Positions 49,764-59,426 of a DNA stretch of 64,000 nt are shown piece after piece. Numbering within the stretch: the stretch's first letter is position 1; every line of letters starts with the position of its first letter. Under the pieces are notes generated by a model, which was not told where the DNA came from, did no database searches, and worked only from the letters and a program-made list of their open reading frames with translations. A program made the position numbers and the translations under genes. This DNA comes from a virus, in IMG/VR virus record IMGVR_UViG_3300002301_000001, positions 1-64,000 of that record; one strand, 5' to 3'.

Positions 49764-50239
49764 ATTTGAGTTTTTAGTTGGTCCTTGTATTTAGTTAGTA
49801 TCTCATCTCTGTATGATTCAGAGGCTTCTTCCCACATGTAGAATTCACTGTCTTTTATATCCTGTAGATCATCTTCATTTGTGATTTCCCATGTAGTACC
49901 ACATACTTCACTTATAGCAGCTACAGGTAGACTATCCCATTGTTCCCGGAGTTCTGTAGTATCATACACTGTGTATTCCTCATCCATACTTTCCCAGGGT
50001 TTTGTAGTAACCAGATAGCACATTCTATTAACTACATGTACACCTGCTACTATCCCCATCCAGCCATCGTTATTGTCTATGATTGTCCATATATACCCGG
50101 CTTTTTCTTCTCCTATTAACTTCTTTATATACTCCAACTCATCTCCGTATGTTTCCCACTCATTGTTTTCATTGGGCCTTATATGATTGGGTATTGTCTT
50201 ATATTTCTCGTAGAATTGCTCTTCTGTTTGTTGTTCCAT
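49760..50239 (-). CDS. Acidic hypothetical protein
   Basis: ETYGDEL..I...IWTI.D...G.H.VNR..Y.VT. Confidence 0.6.
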   Translation of the reverse strand: MEQQTEEQFYEKYKTIPNHIRPNENNEWETYGDELEYIKKLIGEEKAGYIWTIIDNNDGWMGIVAGVHVVNRMCYLVTTKPWESMDEEYTVYDTTELREQWDSLPVAAISEVCGTTWEITNEDDLQDIKDSEFYMWEEASESYRDEILTKYKDQLKTQI

Positions 50240-50314
50240 ATTGTCTATTTTTTCTCCCAGGGCAATGGATCAATTCCCTTTAATTGCTCTTTTGGTATAT
50301 CACTATCTACTGCC

Positions 50315-51241
50315 TTATACAGCATATTTCCATTTATAGCCTTTGTGCATAATACCTTTTCCTTTACATATAGTGCATATATACCCTCCATTATAACCTG
50401 CTCTCTGTGCGTCATTTACTGATTTCCATCTTTTTATTTCATTACCATCCATATCACACTGTATTACCGGTTTGGAATTTCCACCATTTTTACCTGCATG
50501 GCTATTACTAGTATATTTTTCATAGTCTGCTAGTTTTTCTATATAGAATAGCTGATAATATTTTTGATATTTTCGATCCATGTATATAGCAGCTTCTTCA
50601 TACCAATCATCCATTATTTTTTTAATATCCTTTTTTCCAGATAATCTTACATACCGGATATTATTTGTTGAGTATTTTCCTTCCTTCCAGTTTGTTACTC
50701 TTATCTCTTTACCTAATTTATCCGATAGGTATTGAGCTATTCCTATACACATATCAGAAGTTCCTATCATTGAGAAGTTAACTGCATATTTTTTGGATTT
50801 GGATATACTACCATCACCATCGAAGAACCCTCTTACAAAGTGTTTTTGCAGTTCTTTTGAGATATGATAAGGATACTTCAAATGGTGGGTTTTTTGTTGA
50901 GCACATCCCTGTTTTTCCAGATCTTCTGATAATTTTTTAGATACTATAGCAAGTGCTATTTGATTACCTCTAGGAGCAGGTTTTTTCCATATACTAAGGT
51001 TTCCTGTATATTTTATACTTTCTTTGAATTTTTCCAGTACATCTTTATCTATCTCTTGTAGATTAACTACTATCTGACATTTTTTTCTATTATTATGTCC
51101 ATCTGCATACATTAGACCTAGATGGTATGCTTTACTTTCTGTATCTATATTTTCGAAATAGTTTTCATCACATGTATATTTCCTTCTGCCTTTTGCTATA
51201 GCATCCTTCCATTCCTGGGTACCTTTTTTTAGCTTTTCCAT
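50315..51241 (-). CDS. LAGLIDADG homing endonuclease with NUMOD1-like tail
   Basis: YHLGLMYADG and HFVRGFFDGDG, then KPVIQCDMDG...GYKWKY. Confidence 0.9.
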   Translation of the reverse strand: MEKLKKGTQEWKDAIAKGRRKYTCDENYFENIDTESKAYHLGLMYADGHNNRKKCQIVVNLQEIDKDVLEKFKESIKYTGNLSIWKKPAPRGNQIALAIVSKKLSEDLEKQGCAQQKTHHLKYPYHISKELQKHFVRGFFDGDGSISKSKKYAVNFSMIGTSDMCIGIAQYLSDKLGKEIRVTNWKEGKYSTNNIRYVRLSGKKDIKKIMDDWYEEAAIYMDRKYQKYYQLFYIEKLADYEKYTSNSHAGKNGGNSKPVIQCDMDGNEIKRWKSVNDAQRAGYNGGYICTICKGKGIMHKGYKWKYAV

Positions 51242-51280
51242 ACCGCTAAGGTAGAACATCTCCAGCAGTATTCCTATTTA

Positions 51281-52123
51281 TCATTGTATTTTTTTCTGCC
51301 AAGGAAGATCTCCTACTTCATCATTCTCATTCTTCATAGGCTTTAACCATTCTTGTAGGGCAACATTATCTTTATCAGCTACTTCATGTTTCTTTCTGAT
51401 CCATCTGATGGTATATTCTTTGCCATTATTTTGTTCTATAATGTTGTTTATCCATTTGAATATATCATCGTATTTCCAGTCACGATTTTGATAGGAAGCA
51501 CTTGCCGGATGTTCAATTTTCTTGATAGGGTTCTTCATAGGGAGTATATACTTCTCATATTTCTGAGCAGCAGTTCCACAGAGCACTATTGGTATTCCCG
51601 GCATATATTGTCCTACTACTTCTTCCAGAATGAACTTTGTGAACGGCTCCCATAGTTGTGCATGGCTGTCCACTTTTTGGTATTCTACCGATAATGCGCT
51701 ATTTAGTAGTAGTACTCCTTCTTCCTCCAGCAGGTAGCTTATATCTGGTCTTTGGTCATTGTCTACATCGAATCCATATGTCTTCTCCAGGGCCTGGTAC
51801 CACTGATAGAGGCTAGGTTGCATATATGGTGCTATATTCCCACAAGACATTGGTATACCATCTGCTATTACTACATCTTGCCTTTTAGTGGCATATGGGC
51901 ACTGTAACAGGATTATCGTTTTTACCTTATGTCTGCTGCATTTTTCGAATGACTTGAACAACTCATTGCTCTTTGGGATTACCTGTTTCCCCGCATTTAC
52001 AGTAGCCTTTAGGTGCCCTATTATCTTATCGAAGGCATCTGTTAACAGGAATGGTTTAATAAGCTCATACCAGTCACCAAATTGCCCTTTCAGTTTACCC
52101 TCATTACTCTCATTAATTACCAT
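51281..52123 (-). CDS. ung: Uracil-DNA glycosylase (family 1)
   Basis: LQCPY, ADG, GVLLLNSALSV, H...W.PF and HPAS. Confidence 0.88.
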   Translation of the reverse strand: MVINESNEGKLKGQFGDWYELIKPFLLTDAFDKIIGHLKATVNAGKQVIPKSNELFKSFEKCSRHKVKTIILLQCPYATKRQDVVIADGIPMSCGNIAPYMQPSLYQWYQALEKTYGFDVDNDQRPDISYLLEEEGVLLLNSALSVEYQKVDSHAQLWEPFTKFILEEVVGQYMPGIPIVLCGTAAQKYEKYILPMKNPIKKIEHPASASYQNRDWKYDDIFKWINNIIEQNNGKEYTIRWIRKKHEVADKDNVALQEWLKPMKNENDEVGDLPWQKKIQ

Positions 52124-52418
52124 ATCTCTGTTTTTCTATTTTATTTTCCAGCTCTATCTTCTTTACTTGTAGTTTCTCCAGTTCCTTAGTACTCTCTTCT
52201 ATCTGCCATTTAGCATCTGCCAAGTTGTTCTCTTCATTTTCTATCTCTTCATCGAGCTCTATTTCCTTCTCTTCCAGGTCACTACACTCTTCACATATTA
52301 CTGTTCCCGGATACCATTTATCTGATCCTACCATATCAGTTAGTTCTTGCCATTTACCACAGCTTTGGCAGGGAGTTGGCATCTCTAGTGACTCTTCTAT
52401 TGTCCATTCTTTTTTCAT
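52113..52418 (-). CDS. Zn-binding acidic coiled-coil protein
   Basis: CQSC...CEEC. Confidence 0.55.
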   Translation of the reverse strand: MKKEWTIEESLEMPTPCQSCGKWQELTDMVGSDKWYPGTVICEECSDLEEKEIELDEEIENEENNLADAKWQIEESTKELEKLQVKKIELENKIEKQRYGN

Positions 52419-52654
52419 AACTGCTCTACTTTAGTTATTTTACCATATTGCCATTCATTTTCTTCTAACCACTTTTGCTTTTCTATTTCTCCCATATAAT
52501 ATCTTTCTGCATAGAAGAATCCTTTTGTCCAGTCTTCTATAATTGATCTTACTGCCGTTTTATTCTTATCATACTGCTCCTTACCTAGCATTTCAAGAGC
52601 ATACAGTTTTGCAGTCTCATTCATACTCTTTTTGGTCATTTTCTTTATTTTCAT
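52415..52654 (-). CDS. Hypothetical protein
   Basis: ORF in operon. Confidence 0.5.
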   Translation of the reverse strand: MKIKKMTKKSMNETAKLYALEMLGKEQYDKNKTAVRSIIEDWTKGFFYAERYYMGEIEKQKWLEENEWQYGKITKVEQL

Positions 52655-52658
52655 ATAG

Positions 52659-53054
52659 CTATTTGTATTTTTCTATTGCCTCACCTTTTTCTCCTCCTAC
52701 TATATTTCTACCCAGTACAGCTAATCCTACTAGTCTTGCCAGGTTGAGAGTATCTTCTTCATATGGATTTTCTATAGCAGATACTATACCTTTGAGGACT
52801 TTCTCCATAGCTTCATATTTCTCTCTTTTCCATTGTCTGGTTGGCTTTGCTTTACACTTCTCATCAGGCCAGTTGAGTAGCTTCTTTATGGTATTTCCTC
52901 CAATAGCTGCATTTTCACAGGCTGTTTGTGATTTACCGTATGTACATACTGATTGTGTACCTGTTTCATAGTTAGCTCCTACTATGATTACTTCATCATA
53001 TCCTAACTGAGCTATTTCTTTGGCTTTAGCTATTGCTATTTTCTTTGGTATCAT
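52659..53054 (-). CDS. Hypothetical phage protein
   Basis: I.IA.AKEIA..GYDEVII...TYGKS...C..AA..GN.IK..L.WP. Confidence 0.6.
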   Translation of the reverse strand: MIPKKIAIAKAKEIAQLGYDEVIIVGANYETGTQSVCTYGKSQTACENAAIGGNTIKKLLNWPDEKCKAKPTRQWKREKYEAMEKVLKGIVSAIENPYEEDTLNLARLVGLAVLGRNIVGGEKGEAIEKYK

Positions 53055-53257
53055 CCTACTTTATTTTGTCTGTGAGCTACATTAAATACTCTTGCTCGTA
53101 TTACTTTCTGTAACAGATCATCTGTTTCATCTGTATATATACGATTGAATAGATTCCATATACCATCACCTACTCCAGACATATAATCTCCAGAACCTTC
53201 GAACCCTGCTTTCATTTTCAGTAGATCATCTTGTATTTCTTCTTGGTAGTTTATCAT
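53051..53257 (-). CDS. Hypothetical protein
   Basis: ORF in operon. Confidence 0.5.
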   Translation of the reverse strand: MINYQEEIQDDLLKMKAGFEGSGDYMSGVGDGIWNLFNRIYTDETDDLLQKVIRARVFNVAHRQNKVG

Positions 53258-53493
53258 ATAGTTTTTATTTTTGTTTTACTTGGTTCTTCATTTTTCTTGA
53301 TAGTCTGCTGTAGTTCTGCTATCTTATATACTATCTCCTTATTATTTCTACCCATCTCATTTATCTTACGTTGAGTAGCTATTTTCAGTGGATGCAGGTA
53401 GCTTATCTGTTGGTCACACATTTCTAGTGCTTGTGATATTTCTACAGGAGTGAGCTTTACTATCAACTTACATATCTTATTAATCTTTTCCAT
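53254..53493 (-). CDS. Hypothetical protein
   Basis: ORF in operon. Confidence 0.5.
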   Translation of the reverse strand: MEKINKICKLIVKLTPVEISQALEMCDQQISYLHPLKIATQRKINEMGRNNKEIVYKIAELQQTIKKNEEPSKTKIKTI

Positions 53494-53845
53494 CTTTCTG
53501 TTGTTTATTATACCATACTGCGAATGCTCCTATTGCATCACTTGCATTTTCCAGGAATGTGTCTTGTTGGTCTGCATCTATTAGTAGTTCTATTCCCTTA
53601 TATATTTCTACCTGGTCACTGCTCATTATTACTTTGTATCCGAGTTCTTCTATTTTGTCTATTACACCCATTACCCATTCCCAGTCGTTACTATACTCCA
53701 TATCTTTTATCTGTCTTGGGCCCAGGTGACTTTCTGGATACATCCAATATCCTTCCGGATAGTCCTCAGGTGCATCATTTACATAGTGCCACCCATCCAG
53801 TATTGCTACTAGTTCATACTCTCCGGTATAGGTGTTAGTCTTCAT
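53480..53845 (-). CDS. Hypothetical phage protein (ABA-sandwich-like)
   Basis: YSNDWEWVM.VIDKIE. Confidence 0.55.
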   Translation of the reverse strand: MKTNTYTGEYELVAILDGWHYVNDAPEDYPEGYWMYPESHLGPRQIKDMEYSNDWEWVMGVIDKIEELGYKVIMSSDQVEIYKGIELLIDADQQDTFLENASDAIGAFAVWYNKQQKDGKD

Positions 53846-54059
53846 AGCCTTGTATCCAGTGGCGAATTACTCTCAATGGGCCCAGGAATGTACTGTTTGT
53901 CATGTCCCAACCTTTTTCTGCATTATCAGTATCTCCATATATCCAGAACCCCAGAGCAGCTATCAGGAAGATACTACATATAGGCAGTATCACACAGTAA
54001 CTACCTATTGCTATAGCTGCTACTACCGGACTCAGGATTATTCTTATTATCTTCTTCAT
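53835..54059 (-). CDS. Small membrane protein
   Basis: Long hydrophobic N-terminal half. Confidence 0.55.
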   Translation of the reverse strand: MKKIIRIILSPVVAAIAIGSYCVILPICSIFLIAALGFWIYGDTDNAEKGWDMTNSTFLGPLRVIRHWIQGYED

Positions 54060-54139
54060 ATTACGAATATTAATTAACCCTCCAGATAGTACCCCATTAC
54101 TAGGTGTATTTCTCCGGAGGGTTGTTTGTTATGGTTAAT

Positions 54140-54694
54140 TTACTTGATGTCCTGAATGCACTTCTTCTCTACATCGGTACTGATTAAGCAGGCTATCTTC
54201 TCCCTTACTACTGATGGTATGATCATTAACTGCTTACCTGCATTGATGTTAGGTAGATAGCTGTAGACTTCCGGAAGGGCCTCTTGGACTTTTTTGTATG
54301 TACGTAGGTTCAACAATGGATGATATATTTCATTTTTAGTAGTAGTTTTCTTATCACTCAGATCATCTATCTTGTTATCCCATTTTACTACTTTCCCGGC
54401 ATCTATTTTGTTGAGATTGATGGTCTTACTCCAACCTTCATTAGTAGGTATTGCATCTATATCTACAACTTTGTAGTCATTTATCCCTACTCCCTCACAG
54501 TATATTCGTGTACAGGAATCCATGTATTTAGGGTGCTTTGTATAGAACTTTAGTATTTCTTCCGGTATATTCTTTATTGCTATTTCCCGTACATATTCCC
54601 CCATTTCCTTTTCTATCTCCTCTATTTTCTTGCCTATAGGTTCTACTATCTGCCTACTTACTCTGTTTGCGATATCTTTTGTTACTATACTCAT
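54140..54694 (-). CDS. Nmad5-like protein
   Basis: C-terminal L..LRTYKKVQEALPE...YLP resembles nucleotide-modification-associated domain 5. Confidence 0.55.
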   Translation of the reverse strand: MSIVTKDIANRVSRQIVEPIGKKIEEIEKEMGEYVREIAIKNIPEEILKFYTKHPKYMDSCTRIYCEGVGINDYKVVDIDAIPTNEGWSKTINLNKIDAGKVVKWDNKIDDLSDKKTTTKNEIYHPLLNLRTYKKVQEALPEVYSYLPNINAGKQLMIIPSVVREKIACLISTDVEKKCIQDIK

Positions 54695-54722
54695 ATCTCT
54701 TTCTATTTAGTTGTTATGGTTA

Positions 54723-55460
54723 TTAGTTGATATTGAACTCTTTTACAAAGAACTGATGGATATTTACCTGTGCTGCTAACCAGTATTGAGGTGATATATC
54801 TCTCAGTGCTTCTGTTACATAGTTGTACAGCTCCCATACACTATCCGGGCACCCATAGTCATATGTAGGCTTTTCTATACTCGCCTTTATTGCATTTAGC
54901 TGTGTACTGGTTATCAGTTTCTGGTCTATGAACAGTACTCCCAGTACCTGTGCTTTCTCTTTATGAGTTAGTGTTATCTGCTTCATGGCTTCTTTCTGCT
55001 CTACCATAGTATCAAACTGCTCACCTGCTTTGCATATATACTCTCTTAGTAGTGCTGGAGATACTACCTGTACATCTCCTATATGCTTACTCCGGAATGC
55101 TCCCATATTACCACTTACACAGCCATTTTTGCAGATGAACACCCAAGTTCCTACAGCAAATTTCAGTGATAGTGATTTGTCATAACTGTTCTGCCATGCT
55201 ATCATTAGGGACATATCTTTATCATTTCCGTATTTTAGCAGGTATTTACCATTTGCTATCAGACCTTCTTTCCTATATGTATATATCTCTTTTACCAGTT
55301 CGAATCCACAGGCCTCTATACTTTCCAGTGTTACTCTTATCAGATCACCATGTGCCACTGGCTTATATGACCATGTTTGCTCAGGCACAGGAACTGCTAA
55401 CAGGTACTCTTTTGGTGTTTGTAGTGCTGCTTGTTCTTGATCTACTATTGTATCTTCCAT
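54723..55460 (-). CDS. DUF932/DUF945-like protein
   Basis: Y.PV.H, NSYDKS, VFICKNG, H.G and S.WELYN.VTE. Confidence 0.7.
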   Translation of the reverse strand: MEDTIVDQEQAALQTPKEYLLAVPVPEQTWSYKPVAHGDLIRVTLESIEACGFELVKEIYTYRKEGLIANGKYLLKYGNDKDMSLMIAWQNSYDKSLSLKFAVGTWVFICKNGCVSGNMGAFRSKHIGDVQVVSPALLREYICKAGEQFDTMVEQKEAMKQITLTHKEKAQVLGVLFIDQKLITSTQLNAIKASIEKPTYDYGCPDSVWELYNYVTEALRDISPQYWLAAQVNIHQFFVKEFNIN

Positions 55461-55488
55461 ATCTTATTTGTTCTTTTTAGTTATTAGT

Positions 55489-55680
55489 TTACTCCCAGAT
55501 TATTTCTCCTTTATATACAGAGGGCACTATATATCCATAGTACATATTTACTATAGATTCTCCTATTTCTTGTGCTTTTTGTATACCATCTACCAACATT
55601 ACATCTTCTATTTCATGTATTATTGCTTTATTAGGATTTTCCTCGAAGGTTATATTTCCTAGTATCAGTAGTGTTCTCAT
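55489..55680 (-). CDS. Hypothetical protein
   Basis: ORF in operon. Confidence 0.45.
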   Translation of the reverse strand: MRTLLILGNITFEENPNKAIIHEIEDVMLVDGIQKAQEIGESIVNMYYGYIVPSVYKGEIIWE

Positions 55681-56180
55681 AGTGATTGGATTTTCTGGAT
55701 ATAGATTGCTCTCACGGATTCCAGTTCCTTTGCATATTGCAGGAGTATGTCTCTTACCGGTTTATCCATATCTGCTGGCATATCCTGTACATTTACACAC
55801 TCATCTATCCATTCTATTACTTCTATCTTTGTGTGAGCTTTTTGGGCCTGTTTACGGAGATCTTCTATTACTGTTGCTGTATCTACTGGCTTACCTACTG
55901 CAGGAGTAGCTTTCCTTGCTCTGGTAGCCTTTGGTTCTGCTTTGGTTACTGTTACACTGGCTAGGGTTTCCTTACTATTATCTACTTTCACAGGATCTGT
56001 ACTAGCTACATACCCACTTTCTGGTGTTATTTTGGCACCTTCTGCTATTATATTAGTCAGTGTCTCTGCTACTTCACCTGCACTCATTGTATCCAGGTTA
56101 TTTGGGAATACTTCTTCTTGGTTATTCAGCCTACTTGCTATTTTGTCATTGGTATCTTGTGGCTCTACTAATTCAGGCAT
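55677..56180 (-). CDS. Hypothetical protein
   Basis: 167-aa ORF. Confidence 0.55.
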   Translation of the reverse strand: MPELVEPQDTNDKIASRLNNQEEVFPNNLDTMSAGEVAETLTNIIAEGAKITPESGYVASTDPVKVDNSKETLASVTVTKAEPKATRARKATPAVGKPVDTATVIEDLRKQAQKAHTKIEVIEWIDECVNVQDMPADMDKPVRDILLQYAKELESVRAIYIQKIQSL

Positions 56181-56205
56181 TGTTATTTGTTTTAGTTGTT
56201 TATGA

Positions 56206-56445
56206 TTATAATATTCCTTTTATATATGCACTTAGCATTTCTGCTTCCATTGCATATTCTTCTTCATTACAGTACCAGAAGATGCCTGTATCTATGTCAT
56301 GTGCCCTATTTGCTATTTCTTCTGTTTCACCATGTTCCATATCATGCAGGAGTTTGCCTTCTAACTGCTCTGTACATACTGTTACTTCTTGTTCATCGAA
56401 CATTATTTCTCTACTTGGGTAGGATTTCCCTCTATATACTATCAT
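56206..56445 (-). CDS. Acidic hypothetical protein
   Basis: ORF in operon. Confidence 0.5.
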   Translation of the reverse strand: MIVYRGKSYPSREIMFDEQEVTVCTEQLEGKLLHDMEHGETEEIANRAHDIDTGIFWYCNEEEYAMEAEMLSAYIKGIL

Positions 56446-56611
56446 ACCTTCTCTTTTACTGATTTACGTACTACAGGTACCTCTATACCTGACATTCCCT
56501 GTAATTGCTTTCTCCATTGTCTTTTTATATGTCCTTCATACTTTCTCATAACTGCATACTTTTCCTGCCAATCTCCTGTGAACACTATCTTTGTTACTAT
56601 CTGCTCTGTTG

Positions 56612-56827
56612 TCATACTTCTTTGTATTTATGTACCCCATCTTTATCCACAGATTCTAACTGGCTTTCTTTCAGTACTGTATATGGAACTTTCTTATCCA
56701 TGAATGTACCTATATTATCTATTACCCATCTCAGGATCTCCATATCTGCAGTACCAGTTTTGAACCTATCATACACTATTGGATATTTTGACTTGAGTTT
56801 TGCTTTTACCTGATCTGTATATGCCAT
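56612..56827 (-). CDS. Hypothetical protein
   Basis: ORF in operon. Confidence 0.5.
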   Translation of the reverse strand: MAYTDQVKAKLKSKYPIVYDRFKTGTADMEILRWVIDNIGTFMDKKVPYTVLKESQLESVDKDGVHKYKEV

Positions 56828-57036
56828 TATAATGCCTTTACCATTTCTCCGAATTTTTCATAGTCATACACTGCTTCTCCATCCTCTACATATATCATTG
56901 ATGGTTTACTGAGTATGTCGTCTATTACCAGGGCTGTATATTCCACCATTGCTTTCAGTATTACTTCTTCATTATACTCACACCCGGCCAACTTTCTACT
57001 TTTGTACTGTTGGAGTACTGTCTTTGCTGTCTTCAT
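56827..57036 (-). CDS. Hypothetical protein
   Basis: ORF in operon. Confidence 0.5.
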   Translation of the reverse strand: MKTAKTVLQQYKSRKLAGCEYNEEVILKAMVEYTALVIDDILSKPSMIYVEDGEAVYDYEKFGEMVKAL

Positions 57037-57212
57037 ATTATTTCATTTATCGTTCTTGGTTCTCTTACCAGTGCTGCTGTCAAGAACAGAGGATCATCTT
57101 CATAGCTCTTTAGCAGGTCTTCCAGTTCCTCACAGGCATTATATTGAGCTTCATTCTCATCTTCTCCGTTTACCTCTATTTTCAGAGTGTATATTACTTC
57201 CCATTTTTTCAT
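57033..57212 (-). CDS. Acidic hypothetical protein
   Basis: MKKWEV start overlapping the primase stop. Confidence 0.5.
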   Translation of the reverse strand: MKKWEVIYTLKIEVNGEDENEAQYNACEELEDLLKSYEDDPLFLTAALVREPRTINEII

Positions 57213-58192
57213 ATGATTTTCTTTTTGACCAGATGTTCTCTTATAGGCTCTATTCCCTCTAGCATTGCCCAATCTGCCATATCTTTTCCCAAGGGCATGA
57301 TTCTATCAGGTGGGTTCAGATGTGCCCAGCAGTAGGCCTCTGTGATCTTGTAACTGGCTGCTTTACCTGGTTGGTCACAGTCACCGGAATAGTACACCTT
57401 CTTACTGTTACTTGTTATTATATCTGCTTTCTCCTTGGGTATTGCTTGCAGACTCTCATTTTGGCAATAGCAGCAGTTAGGATGTATTTTACGGGTAACG
57501 ATGTAATCCTTGAGACTTTTAGCTACTATTGTATTACTGTCTTTATTTAGATTTTCGAGTCCTATTACAGTTGCTAGTGGCAGATTGTTTCTCCATTTAT
57601 CCTCCTTGGCCTTTTCCGGGAATAGAAGTTTCCATTTCTGTATGTGTTCATAATAGTAACCGAAGGCAAGTTCCCCTTTATTGATACTCCACTTCTGTCT
57701 ATTTATGTAGCACTCATCCTCTTTGATACTGTATATATTATTCTCCTTGAGTTCTTGTGGTGTTATACCATATTGTAGCCAATATTGTAGGTCTTTGGCT
57801 GTGAACTTCTTTGTCCTTAGTTGTATGAGTGTACTCTGTGTAGCTGGTATTATTGGTTTCTGATAGTTGGCTATGATCTTTTTGTAGTTATCAGTACCTT
57901 CTATTATCAGGAAGTCTCTTGCTATTTTCTCCAGTGCTTTACCATATGATACTCCGAACATCTCTTGTACCAGCTTTATACAGTTACCTGATTCTCCGGT
58001 AGCAAAGTCCTTCCATAGTGGTTCATTATCTACATAGAATACTCCCCAGGAACCTTCGTGCTTATCTGTCCTTATAGGAGATCTCATCTTCTTCTTTATA
58101 CCTACTCCAGGTACATACATCTGGTACACATCATATGGATCTATTTTGGAGAATATCAGCTCTTTCAGTTGTACTCTTTTTTCCAGGACCAT
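57209..58192 (-). CDS. DNA primase (crAss-type DnaG)
   Basis: SPIR.D...S..V...WKDFATGESG, and TOPRIM-like KSLKD and DCD..G. Confidence 0.85.
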   Translation of the reverse strand: MVLEKRVQLKELIFSKIDPYDVYQMYVPGVGIKKKMRSPIRTDKHEGSWGVFYVDNEPLWKDFATGESGNCIKLVQEMFGVSYGKALEKIARDFLIIEGTDNYKKIIANYQKPIIPATQSTLIQLRTKKFTAKDLQYWLQYGITPQELKENNIYSIKEDECYINRQKWSINKGELAFGYYYEHIQKWKLLFPEKAKEDKWRNNLPLATVIGLENLNKDSNTIVAKSLKDYIVTRKIHPNCCYCQNESLQAIPKEKADIITSNSKKVYYSGDCDQPGKAASYKITEAYCWAHLNPPDRIMPLGKDMADWAMLEGIEPIREHLVKKKII

Positions 58193-58243
58193 ATATTTAA
58201 TTTTGAACCGGTGAATTTACACTGACTCTTTGACTTTTCCTAC

Positions 58244-58456
58244 TTAATTTACTCCACCTTCACTTTTATCTGTTGTCTGATACCCTTCTTCATCTTCTAT
58301 TACATCCCATGCTGATATGGAGAAGTTGTCTATAAGTACCATATTCTCATGATAGTTACTTATAGGTTGCAGACTTTCTATCAGATCACTATCTGTTATT
58401 CCAATATACATATCTATATCTATTTCCATTTCTATTTTATACCTTCTATTTGCCAT
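58244..58456 (-). CDS. Acidic hypothetical protein
   Basis: ORF in operon. Confidence 0.5.
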   Translation of the reverse strand: MANRRYKIEMEIDIDMYIGITDSDLIESLQPISNYHENMVLIDNFSISAWDVIEDEEGYQTTDKSEGGVN

Positions 58457-58724
58457 TATTTTTCTTTTTAGTATACTCTTCAATAAGTGATTTATACCCA
58501 TCTACTAGGGATGTGTATAGAGTTGACCACCTTGAGTGGATATCTTTCTCCACATATATCTCTCCCGACCTTTCTATTAGTTCTGTTACTTCTATATCAA
58601 CCTTAGGTACTCCTTTAGTTATCTCCCGGTATTCATGTTTTGCAAGGGCCTCACATAGACCATTTACCTCTATCATCTGCCAATCTTCTACTTTCTCCAT
58701 TCTCTTCCTTTTTATTGTTATCAT
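58446..58724 (-). CDS. Hypothetical protein
   Basis: ORF in operon. Confidence 0.5.
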   Translation of the reverse strand: MITIKRKRMEKVEDWQMIEVNGLCEALAKHEYREITKGVPKVDIEVTELIERSGEIYVEKDIHSRWSTLYTSLVDGYKSLIEEYTKKKNNGK

Positions 58725-58981
58725 TGCTTATTTGTCCATAGGGTTTCATTGCTTTCATTATCCCGGATTATCTCTATAGTAGCATCTCCACCATTTTCTT
58801 CTACTGTCATTTGTGAGGCAGTATCTATGAGGTCTTCTGACCAGTCAGGTTCCAAGTACATATCAGTTTTCATAGTGGTTTTGATCTCTTCATCAGCTTC
58901 TTCCTGGGTATCTGCTTGGATAGTTACCCAGGACCTTCTCCACATTTTTTCATAACAGTCCACCTTATATCTGTATTCCAT
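58721..58981 (-). CDS. Acidic hypothetical protein
   Basis: V.IQADTQEEA. Confidence 0.55.
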   Translation of the reverse strand: MEYRYKVDCYEKMWRRSWVTIQADTQEEADEEIKTTMKTDMYLEPDWSEDLIDTASQMTVEENGGDATIEIIRDNESNETLWTNKQ

Positions 58982-59142
58982 AACTATTGCTCTTTACCTG
59001 TGTATATATTGTACTTCCTTAGTAGGTCTATCACTTACATCATGCAGAGGTAGTCCAAAGGCATATTGATCGAAACTCATAGCTATCTCATCTATTTCCT
59101 TCAACAGTTCTTCTATCTTATCTTCCATAATAGGTTATTTGT

Positions 59143-59325
59143 TTAGGCTTGTTTCATTTCTTCCAGAGACTCTACATGAATACCTGATTGCCCTACCCAT
59201 CCCATCTCCTGGTATATCATATCCTCTACTGTCATTTCTTCTATTTCACCATCTTCTGCAGATTCCTGGGCACTAGCCCTCAGATTATCCTCATCTACAT
59301 CTATTGTTATTATCCATTTGCTCAT
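59143..59325 (-). CDS. Acidic hypothetical protein
   Basis: 60-aa ORF. Confidence 0.5.
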   Translation of the reverse strand: MSKWIITIDVDEDNLRASAQESAEDGEIEEMTVEDMIYQEMGWVGQSGIHVESLEEMKQA

Positions 59326-59426
59326 ATCTCATTGATTATTAAGGAAGCAGTTACACCATATATGTGATGTACCTGCCTCCTGTTTAGTTGTGTACTCTAT
59401 TGGGTTGTTGTGAGAGCTTTATAGGA

